From Limisphaerales bacterium (GTDB lineage Bacteria > Verrucomicrobiota > Verrucomicrobiia > Limisphaerales > JAJOIW01), in contig CBFHOE010000003.1 in NCBI GenBank assembly GCA_965657355.1, forward strand, positions 245,520 through 277,568: a DNA stretch of 32,049 nt, read 5' to 3'. The translations under genes and the position numbers were made by a program. Shown in pieces: positions 27,824-32,049 of this stretch (its first letter is position 1; the number at the start of each line of letters is the position of its first letter). The notes under the pieces were generated by a model. The model ran no database searches and was not told where the DNA came from. It saw only the letters and a list, made by a program, of their open reading frames with translations.

Positions 27824-30800
27824 ATGAATAAACCTAAACACACAAAATTGAGTTGGATTTTGGGGCTTATTGTCGCTGTTGCGCCATTGGCATCCCAAGC
27901 TGCTCTTGATTTCCGAGTCTACGGAAGTGCCGCGTTGGGCGGTTTTGATATTGCTGGTGCTGCGGTCGCTGATTTGACTGCAGATAGCCAATATCCCGAT
28001 GAACCATCGGCTGTAGAATTGGTCACTGCGCTTCCTGGAGAACCAGGAATTAACCTGATCGAACTTACCACTGGTAATTTCGAATTTCGCCAAACTGTTA
28101 ATGGCTTCGCACAAGGTAACTCCGGATTGGATAACTACGGTGGAGCGATTTCAGGACTTCTATACGCTCCCGCCGATGGAAGTTATACATTCCACGTAAG
28201 ATCTGACGATGCTTCGCAGTTCTTCCTCAGCACTGACGCTGACGCGGACAACATGGTTCTCTTAGCTGAAGAGACTGGTTGTTGCGGAGGTTTCACTAAA
28301 GACGCCCCAGAAGGGTCTGAAGCTGTTGAGCTTGAAAAAGGTCAAGCTTACTACTTTGAATTCCTATTCAAAGAAGGTGGCGGAGGTGACTGGTTCCAAG
28401 TAGGTTGGGCACTTGATGGTGGCGAAATAGAAGTCATCCCTGCTGCTTATCTCCAAAGGGACATTAGTAGCCGCGTCTCGGATCTCATCGAAGAGCCATT
28501 AGACTTCTTCACCACTCCTAACGATTTCATGGATCTTGAGCCATTCGTAACTGAAAACATCGAAACCAGTATTGATTTTATTGTCGAATTCAACAAAGAC
28601 GGCGCAGCTGCCATCCAATGGCAGATGAACGACGGTGGCGGCTGGGACGACATTGAAGGTGCTGTCAGCCCGTTGCTTACTGTTGACATTTCCGTTGACA
28701 AAGACGGCAACCAATACCGCGCTAAGGTTGATGACGAAACTTCTATGGCCTACACACTTATTGTTGAACCAGATACAGAGGCTCCAACAGTTAGATTCGT
28801 CAGCCACAGAGGTAACCCAAATGCTTTCATTGCTGCATTCTCTGAGCCAGTAGATCCTGATTCTGCTCTCGATCTCTCAAATTATGAATTCGATGGAAAA
28901 CCACTTCCTGAAGGAACGACAATCAGTCTTAACGACGCGGGAACAGAGGTTATTGTTCTTGGCCCATTCAACATGGAAGAGGGTGACAGAAAATCTGTTT
29001 CTTTCTCAGGTATCGTTGACCGTGCGGCTACTCCAAACGAAATCGAAGGTTTTGACAAGACATTAGCTTACGTTGGTGGCGAAGGCATTACTTATGATTT
29101 TAATGACGGTATCCCTACCGATGGTGATGGAAATCCAATCATGGAGCTCTTCGGAAACGCGGAAGTTCGCGACTCTGGCGGTGTTGGTGATTCCGGATAT
29201 CTAAAAATCACTGATGGTGCTGGAAGCCAACTTGGTGCGGCCCTCATCACTCAGCGTATCGATGTTCAGCAAGTTATTTTCAGCTTTGATGCCCGTATCG
29301 GTGATACATCAGGTCGTCCAGCTGACGGTTGGTCATTCAACGTTGCTGATGACATGCCGACTGGCACATACCAGCAATCAGAAGAAGGATACCGCGGTGG
29401 AGAAAGTGATCCGCCACAAGGTTTGGTTGTCGCAGGTGACAACTGGTCATCTGGTGGTGCTGACTTAGGTGTCGGTATTGAAGTTAAGTATGCTGGCGAA
29501 TCTCGCGCATTCGTCGCTACTCCTGAAGTCACATCAGGTGGAGCGCCTACAGAAAGCCCTGAAGGTATACCTTCTATTCACCGAGGTGACAGATGGTTCC
29601 CAGTTTCAATCGCACTAGGTGAAGACGGAACAGCTACAGTCGTTTATGATGGTGTCACTATCATGGAAAATGAGCCAGTCGGTTGGGAAGGTGTTTCTGA
29701 CGCACAGATTGGTTTTGGTGCCCGAACTGGTGGTGCCTGGGAATCACACTGGTTTGATAACGTTAACATCAACCTTTCTGGAGGCCCTATTGGTCCTGTG
29801 ACTATGGAGCAGCAGCCAGAAGGTGTATCTGGAGCAGCAGAGCACTCACAGGTTACACTATCTGCTATAGCTGGTGGAGCTACATACGGCCGTTCTTTCC
29901 AATGGTATAAAGTTGGCGGTGGCGCCGGAGTTGCAGGAAACATTTCTAATGTATCCCTTGCTGACGGAAACATCGCAATAACCTACGTCGGTTCACTTGA
30001 ATCATCAGACAGTGTCAATGGTCCTTGGACCGCGGTTGCTAGCTCAGCCACCGAAGCCACTTACTCAGAGGCAGCATCTGGTAATGAAAAGTTCTTCCGC
30101 GTTCTTGACGCCGCTGGTGGCGGTGATGGCGAAGGCGTTATGCTTGAAGGTGAAACAAGCAGCAGCTTGAGTTTCACAGCAACACCAGCAGCAGCGGGTC
30201 AATACTATGTTGTTGCGTCCAACTGGTTCTCTGATGTCCAATCCGATACGGTCTCTGTGACAGTCGTTCCAGATACTGTTGCTCCAATGGTTGTTTCTGT
30301 ATCAGGTTCACCATTAAACAACTCAGCGACTGTGACTTTCTCTGAGCCAGTTTCTGAAGAAACTGCTGGAAATGCTGACAACTACAGCATCGAAGGTCTT
30401 GAAATCACAGGCGTTACTGTAAGCAACCCAACGACTGTTTCGGTTATGACTGCTGATCAGGCTGATGGAACTCCATACCAGTTATCTGTTAGCGGAGTCG
30501 CCGACTTAGCCCAAACTCCAAATGTCACAGATGGAACACCAAACGAATTTATCTCGTTTGAAGAAGGTTTTGGCGGTCTGACAGTCCTCTTTTATGACCA
30601 TGGAGGAACAAGTCTAGACTTCTATCCTGAAGAAGATCGTGGAAGAGGTTTATACCCAGATAACTTCAACCCATTTGGAACTGGACCAAACATCACTGAC
30701 TTGAGTAACCGTAATTCTTCAACTACACCTTATTTTGAAGCACCGGCTACTGGTGACATCAATGTTGTCCCTCCTTCAGGCGTGGCAAACGACTACGCTC

Positions 30801-32049
30801 TCGTGGTCTACGGATACATTGTTCCACCACAAACAGGTAACTACAGATTCGGTATTGGTGCTGATGATAATGCGGCACTCTACCTCTCATCTGATGATGA
30901 TCCAGAAAATGCAACACTCATCGCTAACGAAAATGAGTGGAACAGCAGACGTGAATACGACAAAGATATCAACAAATCTGAGCCTATCTTCCTTGAAGAA
31001 GGTGAAAGATATTATGTTGAGGCTTTGATGTCTGAAGGTGGCGGTGGTGACAACCTCGCCGTTGCTTGGGAATTCGCACCAGATGGTGAGGAGCCTGCTG
31101 ACATAGCCAACGGAACTCTTCCAATTGCTGGGGAATACCTAATCAGTAACTTGCCTGTATTCAGGTTCCCTGAACTCTTGGCTGCTAGCCCAGCTGATGG
31201 AGCAAATGGCTTCCAAGCTGACACTGGAACTGCAAGCTTCACTTTCCAAGACGGTAAGTTTAGCCCAATGGACACAGACAGCGTCGAAGTCAAACTCGGC
31301 GACGAGATGCTAGAATCTGAAGTAACAGCAGGTGGTAACATCACCATCACTGCAACGCTTCCAGAACTTCTCGACCTGAATACAAGCTACACAATCACTG
31401 TATCTTACGGTGTTGGCGGATCTGATGAACCTATGACTCACACATTCACCTTCCAGACTGAAGACATCCCAACATTGGCTAACAAAGCTGCTGATGTCGG
31501 AGCTGGTGGAAACTCAGGTATGCTCGTTAACGCTCGCCAAAGCACAGAAGGTCGCGGTAATAGCACTGAAGATGCCGAAGCTCAAATAGCTGGTGGTGGA
31601 GACCTATTCGAAGCGGATAATGTCGAAGTGATATACATCAACCATAACCAGGACGTCGGTGGAAATGCTGGACGTTTTGGAGATGACATTGGCATGTTCG
31701 ATGCAGGTCTCATGGATGAAATCAACACTGACAACATCTCATGGGAGGTCTTAACATATGTTGAATTCACAGAAGCTGGTATTGTCACTATGGCTGTCAA
31801 TTCTGACGATGGATTCCGTGTCACACACGGTGAGGAGCCTGCGCTAAACGATGATGATCAAGTTCTTGGTGTCTTCAGCGGTGGTCGCGGTGCATCGGAC
31901 ACAATCTTCCGTTTCGTAGTTCCTGAGCCAGGTATCTATCCAATGCGACTCCTTTGGTATGAAGGCGGCGGCGGAGCCAACGTCGAATGGTGGACATTGG
32001 ATGCTGACGGAGTTCGTCACTTGATCAATGGACCTGACGACAGTGCTGC
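27824..32049 (+). CDS. Very large secreted acidic surface protein, partial (>1400 aa): three PA14-like domains, Ig-like and Big_5-like domains, L-type lectin-like domain
   Basis: Absent from the ORF track because it has no stop in the window. Manual translation from ATG 27824 is open to the end: MNKPKHTKLSWILGLIVAVAPLASQA signal; PA14 motifs YTFHVRSDDAS...KEGGGGDW, YRFGIGADDNA...SEGGGGDN, VNSDDGF...YEGGGGANVEW; DTxAP...FSEPV twice; PADGWSF...GFGARTGG. Confidence 0.9.
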   Translation, partial: MNKPKHTKLSWILGLIVAVAPLASQAALDFRVYGSAALGGFDIAGAAVADLTADSQYPDEPSAVELVTALPGEPGINLIELTTGNFEFRQTVNGFAQGNSGLDNYGGAISGLLYAPADGSYTFHVRSDDASQFFLSTDADADNMVLLAEETGCCGGFTKDAPEGSEAVELEKGQAYYFEFLFKEGGGGDWFQVGWALDGGEIEVIPAAYLQRDISSRVSDLIEEPLDFFTTPNDFMDLEPFVTENIETSIDFIVEFNKDGAAAIQWQMNDGGGWDDIEGAVSPLLTVDISVDKDGNQYRAKVDDETSMAYTLIVEPDTEAPTVRFVSHRGNPNAFIAAFSEPVDPDSALDLSNYEFDGKPLPEGTTISLNDAGTEVIVLGPFNMEEGDRKSVSFSGIVDRAATPNEIEGFDKTLAYVGGEGITYDFNDGIPTDGDGNPIMELFGNAEVRDSGGVGDSGYLKITDGAGSQLGAALITQRIDVQQVIFSFDARIGDTSGRPADGWSFNVADDMPTGTYQQSEEGYRGGESDPPQGLVVAGDNWSSGGADLGVGIEVKYAGESRAFVATPEVTSGGAPTESPEGIPSIHRGDRWFPVSIALGEDGTATVVYDGVTIMENEPVGWEGVSDAQIGFGARTGGAWESHWFDNVNINLSGGPIGPVTMEQQPEGVSGAAEHSQVTLSAIAGGATYGRSFQWYKVGGGAGVAGNISNVSLADGNIAITYVGSLESSDSVNGPWTAVASSATEATYSEAASGNEKFFRVLDAAGGGDGEGVMLEGETSSSLSFTATPAAAGQYYVVASNWFSDVQSDTVSVTVVPDTVAPMVVSVSGSPLNNSATVTFSEPVSEETAGNADNYSIEGLEITGVTVSNPTTVSVMTADQADGTPYQLSVSGVADLAQTPNVTDGTPNEFISFEEGFGGLTVLFYDHGGTSLDFYPEEDRGRGLYPDNFNPFGTGPNITDLSNRNSSTTPYFEAPATGDINVVPPSGVANDYALVVYGYIVPPQTGNYRFGIGADDNAALYLSSDDDPENATLIANENEWNSRREYDKDINKSEPIFLEEGERYYVEALMSEGGGGDNLAVAWEFAPDGEEPADIANGTLPIAGEYLISNLPVFRFPELLAASPADGANGFQADTGTASFTFQDGKFSPMDTDSVEVKLGDEMLESEVTAGGNITITATLPELLDLNTSYTITVSYGVGGSDEPMTHTFTFQTEDIPTLANKAADVGAGGNSGMLVNARQSTEGRGNSTEDAEAQIAGGGDLFEADNVEVIYINHNQDVGGNAGRFGDDIGMFDAGLMDEINTDNISWEVLTYVEFTEAGIVTMAVNSDDGFRVTHGEEPALNDDDQVLGVFSGGRGASDTIFRFVVPEPGIYPMRLLWYEGGGGANVEWWTLDADGVRHLINGPDDSA

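Noticed and set aside
27812-31824. Numerous short ORFs on both strands in the ORF track
   Set aside because: All are shadows of the single long + strand frame starting at 27824.

Overview
Moderately AT-rich bacterial chromosomal segment, most consistent with a marine Verrucomicrobiota (Pedosphaera/Limisphaera-like) genome; this is inferred from protein families and the very acidic secreted proteins. The left half carries a helical-repeat protein, nnr, hemW, an M20/M42-like hydrolase, a sulfatase with HEAT repeats, a MacB/FtsX-type ABC pair, an FG-GAP/ASPIC-UnbV protein and a 1330-aa lectin-like surface protein with four tandem discoidin-like repeats. The right half carries a trypsin-SirB1-TPR fusion, a class I glutamine amidotransferase, an orphan JetD-like Toprim protein whose catalytic acids appear replaced (E>Q, D>N), a secreted beta-propeller gene pair and a RAYT-type HUH transposase with its own promoter and palindrome. 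It also carries a CarH/LitR B12 photoreceptor divergent from an RpoD/RpoS-like sigma factor across a TAGACA-rich operator region. A >1400-aa PA14/lectin/Ig surface protein (27824 to the window end) is missing from the ORF track; in it, a domain that is C-terminal in the 1330-aa protein is nested inside an Ig domain. No rRNA, tRNA or CRISPR array was seen.
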